The position numbers and the translations under genes are program-made. A DNA stretch of 64,000 bases from Utricularia gibba (lineage: Eukaryota > Plantae > Magnoliophyta): NCBI GenBank assembly GCA_002189035.1, contig NEEC01000009.1, positions 744,001 through 808,000 of the forward strand. The letters are read 5' to 3'. Under the pieces are notes generated by a model. The model did no database searches. It was not told where the DNA came from and saw only the letters and a program-made list of their open reading frames with translations. Below, piece after piece: positions 1 to 13,954 of this stretch (position 1 is the stretch's first letter; the number at the start of each line of letters is the position of its first letter).

Positions 1-974
1 AACTGCACTAGAAAAGGATCAAACTTTGTGATTGTCCATGCCTATGAGTTTCTGTATAAAGTTCTATTGGACTATCTGTTTTTCCGATTTTTTGTTTGTC
101 GCCAGGAATTTTATATTCTATGGGCATTTCATGTTCATCCTACTGACCTCATAGTCTCTGAAGAAGCTCTCACCATATGATTTAAAGATTTCAGCAACTG
201 AATTTCCCCAGCAGCCTCCTCTATTAGTGTGTCACTGAGACATTCTCCAAAAGCGCAAGGGCTTAATTTTATGTTTATGTCTCACATTCACAAGATGTAA
301 GAGTGATATTTCCAGCTAACCAGTCACAAAATGAGTAACCAAGAGACTCTGACAAAACTTTTCCCACAGTTGTTTTCCCAGATCCCATCATCCCTGTTGT
401 GGATAAAAAAAGAAAAGATATGTATCCAACAAATAAAGAGAAAACTAATATAAAAAAGGAGCCTATGATTGTACTCACCAACAAGATACAGACATCTTCC
501 ATTTAAATATTCTTCAACTTCCTCAGATTTACGCAGTAATTGCATCTAAAATGAATATCAAGTTAGCTACAAGAGATTTCTGGTTCAGAGAATACTTTGC
601 ATATGAGAAAGATGTTGAATGTTTTAATACTTTTATGATCTTTGTTTCATCAGAAAGCGCCGGAGAGCAATCTGGTTTCAAGACTGAAGCTATAAAGAGA
701 AAACCAATGTAACTTTAGTGCCAGAAGCATCTCATGGATTTTTTTCCCATATTTGGTGCTAAAATATAAGTTCACCAGGAGCGCTTTCTGAAGAACATGA
801 TATATGCACCAACGGAGGTTCATATCTCCCCCTTCTTCTGCTAGTATTCAAAAAAACACTTAAACTGTGCTTATGCTGCACATGAAAACTGGAAAACTGC
901 ACAGAAACGCCATGTTTTGTTTCCAAAATCCTCGATGTATGCGGCCAAGTACAGTGGAGATATCCCACATCCAT
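1..974 (-). CDS. SK1: Shikimate kinase, plastid-targeted (5' part; gene runs off the left edge)
   Basis: Spliced exons read MDVGYLHCTW...SCSSESAP (ATG 974), LLRKSEEVEEYLNGRCLYLVG, P-loop GMMGSGKTTVGKVL and DTLIEEAAG...FFRDYE (234-148). That last exon is 87 nt where 88 restores the frame (C run 206-209). Confidence 0.9.
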
Positions 975-1789
975 ATTAGAAAGCTTCCTTTTCCCCCAGA
1001 AAACTCAAAACTACACGTATAGCAACAATCAAAATGGTGAAGATTAGCTAAAAGGCATCAATAAAAGAAAAACCACTCCATCGAAGGCCAGCTATGACTC
1101 AACTTAAAACAACCCGTAACGAAATTTCAATTGTATCGCAATAAAGACCCAATCTTTCGAGATCACCAGCAAACGGACGAGAACCCAGTTGCAATAAAGG
1201 AAAATTCAACCAAATCTACAGGAAAGGCAGACACCTACCTAACATAAGTCACATTTCCAAAGTGGGATTCTTCAAATCTAAATGAAGCACCATAGTCAGA
1301 ACCCTGACAATGTTCTCTTATCGTAGATGCGTGAGGACATGAACCACTATTGGCTTGGCGAAGCCAAACTCAGACCGGTGGTTGGTAGAATGTGCTTTAC
1401 TCGGTAAAAAGAAAGCGCGAGTTGTGTTAGGTATGCGCCTACCCGCCTTCGATCAGCTCGGTAGTGTAGCTTTCTTCCAGACGGATGGCATCATACCTTG
1501 GTAGGTACCGTGTCCCATAAAATATAGATTTCTGCCCAGACCAACAACGGATCTAGTCATCAATGCATTTCCAGGTTCTCCACCGGTTTACCGGTCCAAA
1601 TCCGTCGGTTTACAAGGCTTTTTAGATGGTTTACCTGTAACGGCCCAATGGGCCTATAATCTGGGTTTCTAAGAAACACAACTTTGTAGGGAGTGCTTCA
1701 AAGTTCCGTCCACGGCTCAGGTGTTCTCCGATTGGAGTCGACGCCGGCGGCAACCGTTTTACAGAGGGTAAACCCTTGATACCATCCAA

Positions 1790-4038
1790 ATGGCGACGGT
1801 TATGCAGAAAATAAAGGACATCGAAGATGAGGTAATCAACGAGTCGATTGATAGTGTGCGGTATGCCATTCGCTGAAATTAACGGCAGTTTTAGTTTTTT
1901 AGAGTTTCGTCCTTCAGGCATTCGGTTCAGAACAATTGGTAGTGTGCTTGTAAGATTTTGTTTCAGTGTCTTCGGATGCTACTGTTGGGGTTCCCATTTT
2001 CCCCTTCTGTATTGACTGGGGAAGTTTGAAATTGGCGCTTGATTGTTGAAGGGTTCCGCAGTGCTTACTCATACTAAGCTGCTTATTTTTTCTTCAATCT
2101 TGTTTCAGATGGCTAGAACTCAAAAAAACAAAGCAACAGCTCATCATCTGGGCTTGCTGAAGGTATGACGCTTCAATTTGCTGACTTTTGTTTTTTTCAG
2201 AGTGCCATTTCTTTATTTCTTGAAATGCTTTAGGCAAAACTAGCAAAACTACGGAGGGAAATCCTGACACCAGCATCAAAGGGTGGGGGTGGGGCTGGAG
2301 AAGGCTTTGATGTTACCAAGAGTGGTGATGCACGAGTTGGCCTTGTTGGTTTCCCTTCGGTTGGGAAGTCGACTCTCCTTAATAAATTGACAGGAACATT
2401 TTCTGAGGTTTGTTGCCCTCTGCATTTTGCAATCATCTTATTTTTAGTTGGAGACTGCATTATTCTTTTGTATCTTATCACCAACTACTGTGGAATTTTG
2501 GTAACCAGAAATTTTCTTTGCTGTAGGTTGCTTCATATGAATTTACTACCCTGACTTGCATCCCTGGTGTAATCACATATCGAGGGGCTAAAATTCAGGT
2601 ACTTGAAAATGATCATTGTGGATCATCACGCTCCTAGAGCTACGTATGTGCTTCATCATCTCAGGAAATGCAGGGTAGCTTGAATTCTCCGTGTTAATAA
2701 TAAATCCTTAAATTTCTACTGATTCACTTGTGGCATCGTGCATGTTTGTTACAGTTGTTGGATCTTCCCGGTATTATTGAGGGTGCCAAGGACGGGAAGG
2801 GTAGAGGTAGACAGGTACTACGTCTTTCTTTGTGTTTCTTTGAACCTCTGCGCCAGCCGTTTCTATTCATATGTGTTAGTCCTGTGTTTGATACATTTGA
2901 GTGTTGACTGTAATTCTCTTAATTGATACTTCGTATCTGGATCTTTAAACTATAGGTCATCAGTACAGCTCGGACTTGTAACTGCATCTTGATTGTACTG
3001 GATGCAATAAAACCCATCACTCATAAACGGCTCATAGAGAAGGAGCTTGAGGGGTTCGGCATAAGGTAGCTAGCACACTATTTCATGAGTTCGCTATGCT
3101 TGGTCATCTTTTTTGATTGCATGGTTAGAAAACATTCATTTTTTTCCATGTAGATACATGGAAAAAAGTATTTACGGTTCTTTTCCTTGGAGCACAGATT
3201 AAACAAGGAACCCCCAAATTTGACATTCCAGAGAAAAGATAAGGGCGGAATCAATCTGACATCTACCATTAGTAACCCGAGTCTTGATCTTGAAACCGTA
3301 AAGGCAATTTGTGGCGAATACCGGATAGTAAATGCAAATATCAATCTAAGATATGATGCAACTGCAGATGATCTTATAGATGTTATTGAGGGAAGCAGGG
3401 TGTACATGCCATGCATATATGCTGTTAACAAAATTGATCAAATTACACTCGAGGAGCTTGAGATTCTGGATAAACTTCCACATTATTGCCCTGTCAGGTG
3501 ACAATAGATCAGCAGCACTTCATCTTTTTATTATTGGCTTCTACTCTGCCTCTTCATGCTATCTTTTTCTATTTCAGCGCTCATTTAGAATGGAACCTTG
3601 ATGGGCTGCTGGAAAAAATATGGGAATACCTCAATTTAACTCGTATTTACACAAAGCCCAAGGGAATGAATCCAGACTATGAAGATCCTGTAATATTATC
3701 AGCAAAGAAGAGGACCGTGGAGGACTTCTGCACCCAAATTCACAAGGATATGCTTAAGCAATTCAAATAGTAAGTGCCAGAAAACCATCTCCACTTCTAA
3801 GCTTTCTTCAGATTCCTAGGCATGTTTACCCTTGTCCATGTCCCTGCAGCGCATTGGTATGGGGTTCAAGTGTAAAGCACACACCACAGCGTGTTGGAAG
3901 GGTAAGTTTTTCAAACTCTTTCTTCACCTCACTGAACACAATAACCCCTATTTCAACATACGGGCTGTGGCTTTTTTTCATCTGCAGGAGCATGAACTTG
4001 AAGACGAAGATGTTGTGCAAATCATAAAGAAGGTGTAA
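1790..4038 (+). CDS. DRG1: Developmentally regulated GTP-binding protein (DRG1-type OBG-family GTPase with TGS domain)
   Basis: Exon 1 [14 protein letters not shown] (1790-1831), exon 2 [18 protein letters not shown] (from 2109), G1 [19 protein letters not shown]4 NKID, C-terminus [15 protein letters not shown]. The introns checked are GT-AG and the frame looks intact. Confidence 0.96.
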
Positions 4039-4249
4039 CCCTTGTAAGAACCAACACGTGCTCCATCACATTGATCATCTAGGATTGTCCTAAGAGACTC
4101 CATTGCCGCAGTGTAACTGTAGAGTATGTGGTTTGGCTCGCTTTTTGATCCCCAGTCAGGTTTCTCAAGGTTCTTGTCTTCATATTTTTCATGCTCCTGT
4201 GAACCTTGTTTTTCTGCACATTATAAGTTAATTCATACCACCCACTACA

Positions 4250-4371
4250 GGCCCAACTACCAAATGCTCTCCCAGTAAATTAAATCATGGGCTTTACTCA
4301 TTTACGGCCCACAGAAAATATTCGTGGGCCCATATCCCACGTGGTTCGCCTTGCGCGCGCCAGAAGACGTG
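4250..4371. promoter_or_regulatory. Cluster of site II (TGGGCY/GGCCCA) motifs plus G-box/ACGT cores
   Basis: GGCCCA 4250 and 4306, TGGGCT 4288, TGGGCCCA 4325, CACGTG 4338, GACGTG 4366; lies between two convergent genes. Confidence 0.4.
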
Positions 4372-5126
4372 CCGTGGTGAGATGAAACTTTGCGACGCCA
4401 CCACCACAGATGGCGAAAATAACAACTAATACGCGTATTTAAGTATTTAAACACACGTGATTTGTGAATAATCCAAATTTGGAATACTATGTTTAACAAA
4501 ACACCATTTTTCAAAACATGGTATTTTGCAAAAACATACCTAAAACGCTTAGTAATGCTCGATAGAAGTATCTAATCATTTAAACATTCGTATATTAATA
4601 ATCATTCATACAAAAACATAGGAATATTTTGTAAAATCATAATAAAATACTTTTGAATTAAATATTTCAAAGCTTAACTCTCATGTGAATTTTATTAAAC
4701 AAGTCAAATTTAATAAAAATTACAGGTAAAATTATCTTTTATTACTAATTATTATAAATTATATCAAACGTAATATCATTTGCGTAAAATCTATATATCA
4801 AACAAAAGTTCAACCATAGTGTTTATCGAAATATACATAATTTAAATATATTATTAACTAAATTATAATACCAAATATCCCCTTATAATTATTATATTAA
4901 ATACATGCTCAATATTTTAAATACAAATTTATGAACCAAATAATGCTGCACTTTTGTCGGTTTAAATAGTATTGTCATCTGGAAGACATGGGAGAAATTT
5001 CAGAGCCAGCTTGTGGGGAAACTGGCGACTATACTACAGACCTGATTCTGCGTACACGGTGACTGGATTCATCAGAACGATGCCCTGATCATTCATCCTT
5101 TCTGCGCTGTCCTATTTCAGTGTTCA

Positions 5127-5971
5127 TCAACAATGGCTGCTGCCTGCTGCTGATGAGAAGTTGGCGTGATGGTCCTCCGGAGAAGGAGCCGTCGGATCGG
5201 AGCCGTGATTGTGGACCCGGTGATAGGTGGTGATGATGTACCGGGGGTCCTCCTTGTCCCTCTCCACCTTCTTCTTCACTCTGCACCCCTTCTCTGCGCA
5301 CCTGTAGTAATGTCTGCATACACGAACAGCAGCAAGGTACATCAGTTCAATGAAAAAAGAAACCCTAAAAGACGCCCTGAGTATTCTCCTGGTTTGATTT
5401 TTCGTTGCTTCTGTGGAGGGTACCTGTGAAAGTTCAAAATGGGTACGAGTTGTACGGTTGGTGACTATTGACTAGCAGACGACTATGGTGCATATCTATG
5501 GACGTGGGCATGTTTGGATCGGAATTCGAGCATCGATCGGCGACGTTTTGGTTTTCCTGTGGCTTTAGTCGGAGCTAAGGAATGAGGAGTTGGTTACCTT
5601 GGATATGGGGTGCTCTTCACCCTCTTCTTCCCGTACTTTCTCCATCTGAATCCATCGTTCATCACCTCGATCTGGGACTCAGTTTTGAACACGAACACGC
5701 GCTCCACTTCGTCTCCCTCTTCATGCAACCTGGATACCCAGAAGATCACGCAACAGCATCCATGTCAATCAGTTCAAGGAAGAAGAAGGATCGGAGGCCC
5801 ATATCTCACATGCCAAACGTGGAGAGCTCAGGGAGGCCGCCTCCGTGGTCGGAGAGGAGATGGTTGGCAACGTGTTGAAGGTACGGCGAGTTCAGATCAG
5901 GGTCTGGGTTGTGGACGCCGTGAAATTGGGGTACGGGGACCGCTATACACCGGAACGTAATGATTCTTCAT
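5127..5971 (-). CDS. Group IIc WRKY transcription factor with the WRKYGKK variant (WRKY50/51/59-like)
   Basis: Exon 2 FKTESQIEVMNDGFRWRKYGKKRVKSTPYPR is spliced to exon 3 HYYRCAEKGC-X23-HNH (C2H2 finger). Exon 1 from ATG 5971 needs one base removed near the G run 5935-5938, so the 5' end is less certain. Confidence 0.85.
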
Positions 5972-6362
5972 TTCGCCGTCTGGTGACTGGCGAGAAGACG
6001 AGTGAGAGGATTTTTATCAAGCAAAATTCTCTTGACCCGCAGCTTCCCGGCAACTACGCGTCGGAACCAACGGTTCAGATGAAGACACATGGCGCAAACT
6101 GAATGGATACCCCTCAGATTTTCAGTTCTCCAAAAATACCTTCTCACCAATTTCAGGGAAGCTTACTACATGTTTGTAAGAACTGACTGCATGTAAAGAA
6201 ATTAATGAGTGTTTGGTTGGTGTAAATAAGATAAAATGGAGTTTAATTTAATTAGGTTTAAATAAATATGATATAGAATGATTGATTTTTAGATATTATT
6301 TAGTTGATAGAATTAGAATTAATATTAAATAAAAGGGGGAAGTGGGTGAGTGTAAATAAAAC

Positions 6363-6382
6363 TATATATATATATATATATA
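6363..6382. repeat. (TA)10 microsatellite
   Basis: Directly visible perfect dinucleotide run. Confidence 0.9.
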
Positions 6383-7299
6383 ATTAAAAAAACTAGATCA
6401 CTAAAATTTATGAAGTAAAATTTTTTATAATTTATAATCCTATATTTATATTCAAGTAATACTATAAGTCAAATACGGTCTTAGGATTTGTATTTAACAA
6501 TGCTTGTGGATCAAGACTTTCAACAACCCTTGTCCCATTATTTTTGATATCAAATGTCACGACTTATATTTCATTTGCATAATATTATTTGCTTTACGTA
6601 TTACATATTCATGGTTTTCTGTTTTATATTTTTTTTTTGAAAAAAAGATTTCGTAGAAAATTTGGAGAATATCTCTATTTAATCATATTATCTATTTTGT
6701 TCATAACTAATATGGAATATCAACATCTATTTTAAATATCTTGAGTATTAACTTCTAAAATAATTTTGTTACCAACATTAGAGATTTATAGTTTGAAAAA
6801 CTTGAAAATCTAGAAGTATTTTTTTATTTTTAAGAAGCTATAGAATATTAGGACATGTTTGACGGAAGTTTTAGATAGTTTTAATATAATTTTATATAAA
6901 ATCACCTTCATTTTAAACCAAACAAATCTAATGACTTTATCTAAAGGTAAGAGATGAAATGATTTTATTTAAAAACGAATATTGATTTTAATTAAATCTT
7001 ACTTTAAAAACCTCATTAGGTATGTTAATTAACCAAGCAAACCCTAGATTGTATTTATTATAAATATTTTGAGGCGCTCCATTTTTGCTTTTGATGGGTC
7101 GGGTCGGGTTTAATGGATCTTTTTTGTGGCCCATAAAACCGGAGCCCGAAGAATCTGAAATCCCCACGTGGCTTACGTTCTCCGGTTATTTTAATATTTA
7201 AAATTTGTTTTTCAACTTGTTTGTGGTTGCTTGTACTTCTCGTCGCCCATTTGCTTGAATTTGAGACGGAAGCTGGTGTTTTTGTAGGCGATTCGATCA

Positions 7300-8396
7300 A
7301 TGGCTGCCTTTTCGCAGATCTTGAATTCTCCAGTCGCTTTTTGTGTTTCGCGAAACTCCTCAATTCAACATCGAGTTTTGCGCCCCTCTTCGCTTTCTCT
7401 GCGATCCCGTTCGTCGTTTACTGGATTCAAGAACTCTTCGTTGCCCCTGGGAGCGGCTTCAGTCGATGGTCTGATGGATTACACATTTGGTTTCTTAGTT
7501 TTGAATTATTTTCTCTGCTTCATTAGGGTACTCATTTATATGCCCAATTTGTTTTTTTTTTTGTTGCTTTCGTTTCATTGATTAGTGTGAAAAGTTTTGG
7601 AATGTTGATTTGGTAGAATATATGATGATCTTGAGTGAAGCTCAGGCTTTCTATGTACTTTTTTTTTGTTAAGTCCAATGACTAAAGGCTATGAGCCTGT
7701 AAAAGATCAGCTTTTTATAGTTTGGTGATGGCTAGGATAACCATATGAGCGAGTCTCTTTCTTGATTCAATTGCTTTTCTTGGTGGTGCTTATGAATTCT
7801 CGACGCACCGTGTCCAATCCCAGGTTTTGTGAGTTATAACATCTTCGTATTTGATCTGTTTCATATTTGGTTGCGTTCTTGAACTAGTAGTAAGTTACTC
7901 ATTTTGACTTCAGTTTTCTGGGTTTGTCAACTTTCAGCACCCCCTTTGGGTAGAGAGGTAGCCCCTGCAATTGCATTGACTGAAAATGCCCTTAAACACT
8001 TGAACAAAATGAGGTCCGAGAGAAGTGATGATATCTATCTGAGAATTGGGGTCAAACAAGGCGGTTGCTCTGGCATGTCTTATATCATGGAATTCGAAAG
8101 CAAAGACAACACTAGACCTGATGACTCGTTAATCGAATACGATGGCTTCGTTATCGGTAAAGCTTCACCATAAAATGCACTAGTTATTCCAGCAAGATCA
8201 CATTTTTGTCACCAGCATCTCACATATTCCATGTGTTTATTCATGGGGTGCAGTTTGTGATCCCAAAAGCTTGCTCTTTCTCTTCGGAATGCAACTTGAC
8301 TACAGCGATGCGCTCATCGGAGGAGGGTTCAACTTCAAGAATCCGAATGCAACTCAGACCTGTGGATGTGGTAAGTCTTTTGCTGCCGAAATGTAG
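7300..8396 (+). CDS. CPISCA: Plastid A-type Fe-S cluster carrier protein IscA/SufA
   Basis: Ser-rich transit-peptide exon, then [12 protein letters not shown]...[15 protein letters not shown] and [47 protein letters not shown] with the CGCGKSF signature; 3 exons. Confidence 0.95.
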
Positions 8397-8731
8397 CCCT
8401 TTGTTTCCTGATTTCAGGAATTCCCTGTATATGCAACGCACTTTCAAGCTGTACAAGAATACTGGTTTCAGAATGTAGAAATGGTGATTTAGATCAAGAA
8501 TTTGCAGATGTTTATAGCTTGCTCTTTGCAGCAAAAACTGTAGTGTTCGAGTGCCCACGGTATTTAAGATAATGTGGGCAGTTGTCGGAGGATGATGTCA
8601 AACCACGTCCCCGCCCACCCAACTCTGGAAATCATCGTGTAAACATTCCAGTTTCGCGTTAAGCCCCACTTCATCTCAGAGTTTTCGTCTCTTACATCCA
8701 AAATTCTTCAAGGAAAAGAAGGGGTAAAGCC

Positions 8732-10485
8732 ATGTCTTCTGCTGTGAACTACATGATGGCGACTTCGTTTTTTGCGGATCCAAAATTCGCTTGGGTGGAA
8801 GTGGATACCGGTTATCGAGAACGCATCTTCGGTTACAGCCCTTAAGCTGCAGGAAGTCCCCTAGCTACTCGTCACAAAACCGGCGGCTGGTTTGTTGCTG
8901 CACGAAATCTGGGTCTGCTGAGAACGGCGTCGCTGCAGCAGTTGATACTCCGGTGAGGATAGTGGCGGTTGTCGGTGGGGGAAGCGTGAGTCCGCTCAAG
9001 AGTGCGCCTTGGTATGAAGTCATGGTCCATACCGTAAGTAAAGAAGCTCATCTTCTTCCTAATCAATTTCTAGTTTTGAGATATTTTATAGGAGGATCAG
9101 GTGTTCGATGAATTTCCTCTGAAGATTTCCCCGCTTTGCCCAGCTTTTGAACTGGATTCGTGTTTTGAAATCCAGGCAACAAGACTGAAATGGGTTGATG
9201 AAGGGTATGAGATGCTGGTGTTCAAGGACAACTTCTATCAGGACGACAATCAAATTGTGCGCCTTAGAGAGGCCGTCAGCTCTGCTGACATTTTGATGAT
9301 CGTTGCTGTTACGGATCCAGAATCTGCCAAATGGATTCGGGCTAATCATCACAATGTCTCGAATGTGGTAGCTTTTGACTCCTCGCCGATGCTGGAAAAC
9401 AAATTAGGAGGATCCCTTGTCCAAACAACGGCATCCGGTAGTATACTCAGTAAATTGCCATTGCCACAGTCTACGAAGATGAAGGAATCTGAGGAAGTTG
9501 TTCAGTCTCTAAACGACGCTTGGGCCAGACACAACTCCGATGATATACGGTTCTGTTTGTTGGTCATAATAAATGCTTACATCAGACCAGTTCCTGTCTT
9601 GCAGAATCTAAGAGCAAAAGGTTTCTCCACCTTGAGCTGCATGGCCAAAAACTGTGGACGCCAGATCCTGAACTGCCTGTTGGATCCCAAGTGTAGGAAA
9701 GCTCTTCAATGCTTGAACAACTGCAGTCCTGTGGATCAAGTATGCAACTATCGGTGCATAGCTTCGTACGAAAGCCCGCAGCTGGAAGAATTCTCCTTGT
9801 GTGTATTGCAAAAGAACAACTGTCTCGAACTGGATGCACAGATTCCTGATACACCTCGTGTCGCCCAATGAAACATTTCCAAGGCCAGGTTTTGGATCAC
9901 GAAACTGCAGAGGATCTGTTTGTGGGTTGGCTGGGGCGCTTAGACTGGAGCTGGCGTGTTGTCGCCGGGCAGAACCCAGCTTACGATCAGTTTCCATGCC
10001 AATACCAGCTTTTCTACAGGGGGAAAGCAAAGGGATCATTTTGGTATGAGCCTGTTTTCCAGGTGAGAACACTAGAGGGTGATCTGGTGTGGAGACGAAG
10101 AAAGTACCGTGTCAAGAGAGGAAACACCCCAGGAACGTTTCACTTCAGTGTGCTAGATAACGGAGTAGTTTCAAATGAGTTTTGGACCATTGTAGATGTC
10201 TGTGATGATCTCGGCTGGGGCTTATTCCATTACCACGGTGCAGCTCGGGTTGCCGGGCAGTCGTATACAGGTGCTGTTCTCGTCAGCCCTGATGGATCAT
10301 TCCCGGGAGAGGGCCAGATGCAGAGACTGACAGCTGCATTGGATAGAAGCGGCATCAAGAGCTGGGAACTGTTTAATGTTGACAACTCTTGTTGCGCGAA
10401 CCCGCCTTTAGGTCTGCCTGAGGGTTCAGGGCTGCACTGCAAGATCAATGTTGTGGGTACGGAGACTAACTTGGCTCAGATGTAA
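8732..10485 (+). CDS. VDR: Violaxanthin de-epoxidase-related protein (Cys-rich domain plus lipocalin-like domain)
   Basis: RIVAVVGGGSVSPLKSAPWYEVMVHT, Cys-rich CLLDPKCRKALQCLNNCSPVDQVCNYRCIASYES, AGQNPAYDQFPCQYQLFY. One intron. Two apparent 1-nt deletions (T run 8768-8773, C run 9864-9866) split the ORF. Confidence 0.9.
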
Positions 10486-10545
10486 CTTTTCCGGCCATGC
10501 TTTGTGACCCGGAAACTACATTAAACCTTCAAAAACAACCGTCAG

Positions 10546-13441
10546 TCAGTTGCATGATTCTTCCAATATATCAGGATGCTGTACCCAGAAACTTGCGTCA
10601 ATGATATTGCAATGCCTCACTACAACCATCTTCTTTGGTTTCTCATCTCCACCTTCATTTTGCGCCATATTCCTCTCCTGCAAAGATATCAAAGCAGCTC
10701 TACCCTTTGTTTTCGTCACCCAAATCTTATCCATAAAGTCAGTAAATGGAGAGCAGACCTTGTCCCAGAAAACAGAGGATCCAAGGCGGAAAATGGATGG
10801 CAATGTGTTGTAGTAGTTGCGAATCCCTGAAAGCTGTTCGAGAAGTTCATTTTTCTCCTGAGTTTGTGTACCCTGTAAAGTTCACATCAATCTCAATGAA
10901 TGCGATGCATAAAATGTCAGTGAAGCAGGACATATTTACGCACCTTCAAGTAGTTCTGAGCTTCATTTTTGCTCCTTCCAGATTTCACGAGCATCCAGAA
11001 ACAGGTGTTGTACTGATTGTTGATATGGCCTATAAAACAAAAGGGTGAACAACTGAGCCAAGCACATGCAACATGGGCAACCAAGATCACAGGGATGTAG
11101 TTAATAGCTTACAATCAACTTGTCTCCATGCTAGATAATCCCTAAGAATCTCAGATGATGGGTAGCAGACGGCACGGCCGTCAAAATATGGGGGGTACTC
11201 CATATCTTTGTGTGGAAAGAATTCCTTCCACCGCAAAGCGAACACAGAAGTGAAGTAAGATACAACCGCAGAAACTATGTCACTGGGAAACAAACGAAAA
11301 TATCAACCACCATTTATTCAGTCAACATTTGCTACACATGATTGACATCTTTGAAATTATTGATTACCCGGGATGTCTTTTATAAAGGAGTGATTCCTTC
11401 TTCAGTATGAAGCTGAAAACACAAGAAAGCTGTCATGTAGAGAATACGGAGGCCAAAATAAAAAAAAAAAAAATTCCGACCTGTACTCATCGCTAACCCC
11501 ATAAGCAAACACAATGTCCTTAAATTCTTCTAGTGTGCTAGCTGCACATGAATTCATTAGGTTGAGAGCTGCTTCATCATTTGGCTTCTGGTAGTCATGA
11601 ATCTCAGAAAATCTGCCATAATACCCATAAAAATAAAAAGAAATGGGGCGTCACATCTTGTAATGGAGAAAACACCTACCAATGTTATGACAAAAACAGC
11701 ATATATTTTTCCATTAAACATGCAAGAATTTAGCATTGAAATAGGTGGAGTTCTGAAGTACTACTCAAAGAGACGAAACAGGAAAATCTGTGAAATGGGC
11801 TTACCGGTGAAAGTGACAACCATCGATGCGGATGACAATCCATGTGGATGGCATCAACCGGTTCGTATACTGGAAAAATCTTACATAATCAGGATTGACT
11901 TTATTTAAATCTTCACTAAATTGGCCGAGGTCCTTTGAAAGACAAAAGTAGTCATTCCAAAACTTTCTTGATGCAATATTTGCTGCACGGGTGGATATAA
12001 CCTTCCTCCTTGGTCGTTTGACAGGAGAGCCGTCAGCCTTGTACTTCACAATATCTTCAACCTTATCACAGAAAATGTGTTAAGTAATTACAGAGTTTGC
12101 TTTTCCATTGAAACAAAAAAGGGTGTTCATTCATCTCATCAGCAGCTCAAGTAAGACACTTCCTCAACAACATTTTTTAACAGCAATGCACAGTATCACC
12201 TCTATCTTGAGGATGCATGTGCCCTGGCGAAAAATATCTGGAACATCCTTTTTATAATTTACATTAAATCTCTCGAAAAGCAAATCATTTCTGTCCTGCT
12301 TTCGAGATCCCTGGAAAAGAAGGAAAAGATTTCAAAGGAATAGGAACATGGTAAATTGGATGAATGTTCATAGACAGATAACTTGGTGAAAATGGCACGA
12401 GCAAGCAACACATGCTCACCTGCAACACTTCCTTTGCATCCTTCTCGGATTCCCCACATCTAACTAGATTCCAAAGGCAGATATCATGCTGATTGATCAC
12501 ATGACCTGTTAAAAATAATCTTCATTCTTTAACTCCTGAATGCCGAAGCATTAACAGTGGATAGTTACTATACAAAAATAAAAAAAACTCAATCAAGAAA
12601 CTAATTTCTAGCTCCATAAAAATAATCTTCATAACAGACTCTTTTTATTATTTACACAAGAATTTTGAGTGGAGTACAACGCAGGCTTTAAAGTTTCAAC
12701 TCACATTCATGCTGCCTCCAGAATAGATATGCTTGAAGAACGTCTAGAGATGCACAGTTAATTACTCGTGTTCGAAACGAGGGAGCATATTTTAAGTCTT
12801 TCTGAGGAAAAACGGTCTTCCATTTGGTGACATATAAGGACGTGAAGAGAGAAACAACCAGGGAGCCTATCTTGCTGCAAATTATTTCACATTCAATAAC
12901 AAAAAAGGAGGGGATTTCAGACACCGAGGTGATTTCACACCACAAAAAGAAAACCACTAAAATCCTTGCGGCATCGATAGAAATGAGACAAACCTGGCAC
13001 GTCTCTGGTAAAACTTTGTGCTCCTTTTGAAAATTAAACTACATTAAATCATAAAAAGTGTCATTCAGAGAAACCCAGAGGTACAAGCTAAAAAAGAGAA
13101 CTTTTTTCCCTCTGTTACTAGTTGACCTGAACTCATCGCTGAAGCCATAAGCAAAGACAATATCTGGGAATTGCTCTGCCACAGCCTTCGCACATTCAAT
13201 CATTAATTCCAAAGCCTTTGCATCATTCGGCTTCTCAAACTCGTGCACTTGAGAAAATCTACTCATACGCAGGGAATAAACTCAGGATGGAAATCGACGG
13301 AGAGAAGAGTTTCAATCAACGACCAGCCACGAAATACCTGCGGAAGTCACGCCCGTCCACGCGAACAACAATTATATACGGCAACGGGATTTCATCTTCT
13401 TCTTCGAATGACTTTACGTACTCATATTTGCTGTTTGCCAT
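10546..13441 (-). CDS. THG1: tRNA(His) guanylyltransferase, plant tandem two-domain form (THG1/ICA1-like)
   Basis: MANSKYEYVKSFE...VVRVDGRDF, YGFSDEF, second domain IVIRIDGCHFHR, YGVSDEY, FDGRAVCYP, HINNQYNTCFWMLVKSG; multi-exon. Confidence 0.93.
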
Positions 13442-13954
13442 TCCACCGGAAACGCAGTATTTTCCACTTGGGTTTCCTCCACCAAATCACTCCTGAACTG
13501 CTGATTGCTAAGAAACTCTTCGATTCCATGCTGCTTCCTGGAGGAGCTTCCTTCATTTCATCTGTAAGGTGGGCCGGGGCCCGTGGCACGCACAGTTCCT
13601 AATATTCAGGAATTTGAGGCCCAAACTGATTATATTTATATAAATATATTTTATAGAATAATTTATATTCTAAAAAAACAAAAATTTTAAGTGTTTCTTA
13701 TCTTAAAAATCTACAAACACACAATGTGAATTTTATTAGAATAAAAACAATTATTTATTTCAATTATCATAAATGAAATTTAATAATCTCATTTTTATTG
13801 AAATATTATAGAAAATAATTTTTATTTTATATTTTTAGTAAAATACTCAAATCCTATTTTATAATTTTTATTCAGAATATCATTTAAAAGTGAATTATTA
13901 TCATATGTAAATATCAATGAAATCAAGTATATTTTACATTTGTAAAAGTGGAGT

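Noticed and set aside
1453-1560. 35-aa ORF upstream of shikimate kinase as a possible conserved uORF
   Set aside because: No recognisable conserved peptide and the transcription start is unknown; consistent with chance.
6207-6930. GTGTTTGGTT / AACCAAACA words resembling Tourist-type MITE termini
   Set aside because: Match too short in very AT-rich DNA; no target-site duplication.
9101-10485. Two separate ORFs (256 aa and 205 aa) or a VDR pseudogene
   Set aside because: One extra C at 9864-9866 fuses them into a continuous VDR-like protein, and the same homopolymer pattern recurs across the window.
10546-13441. Internal duplication of the Thg1 domain
   Set aside because: The tandem two-domain architecture is the known normal form in plants.
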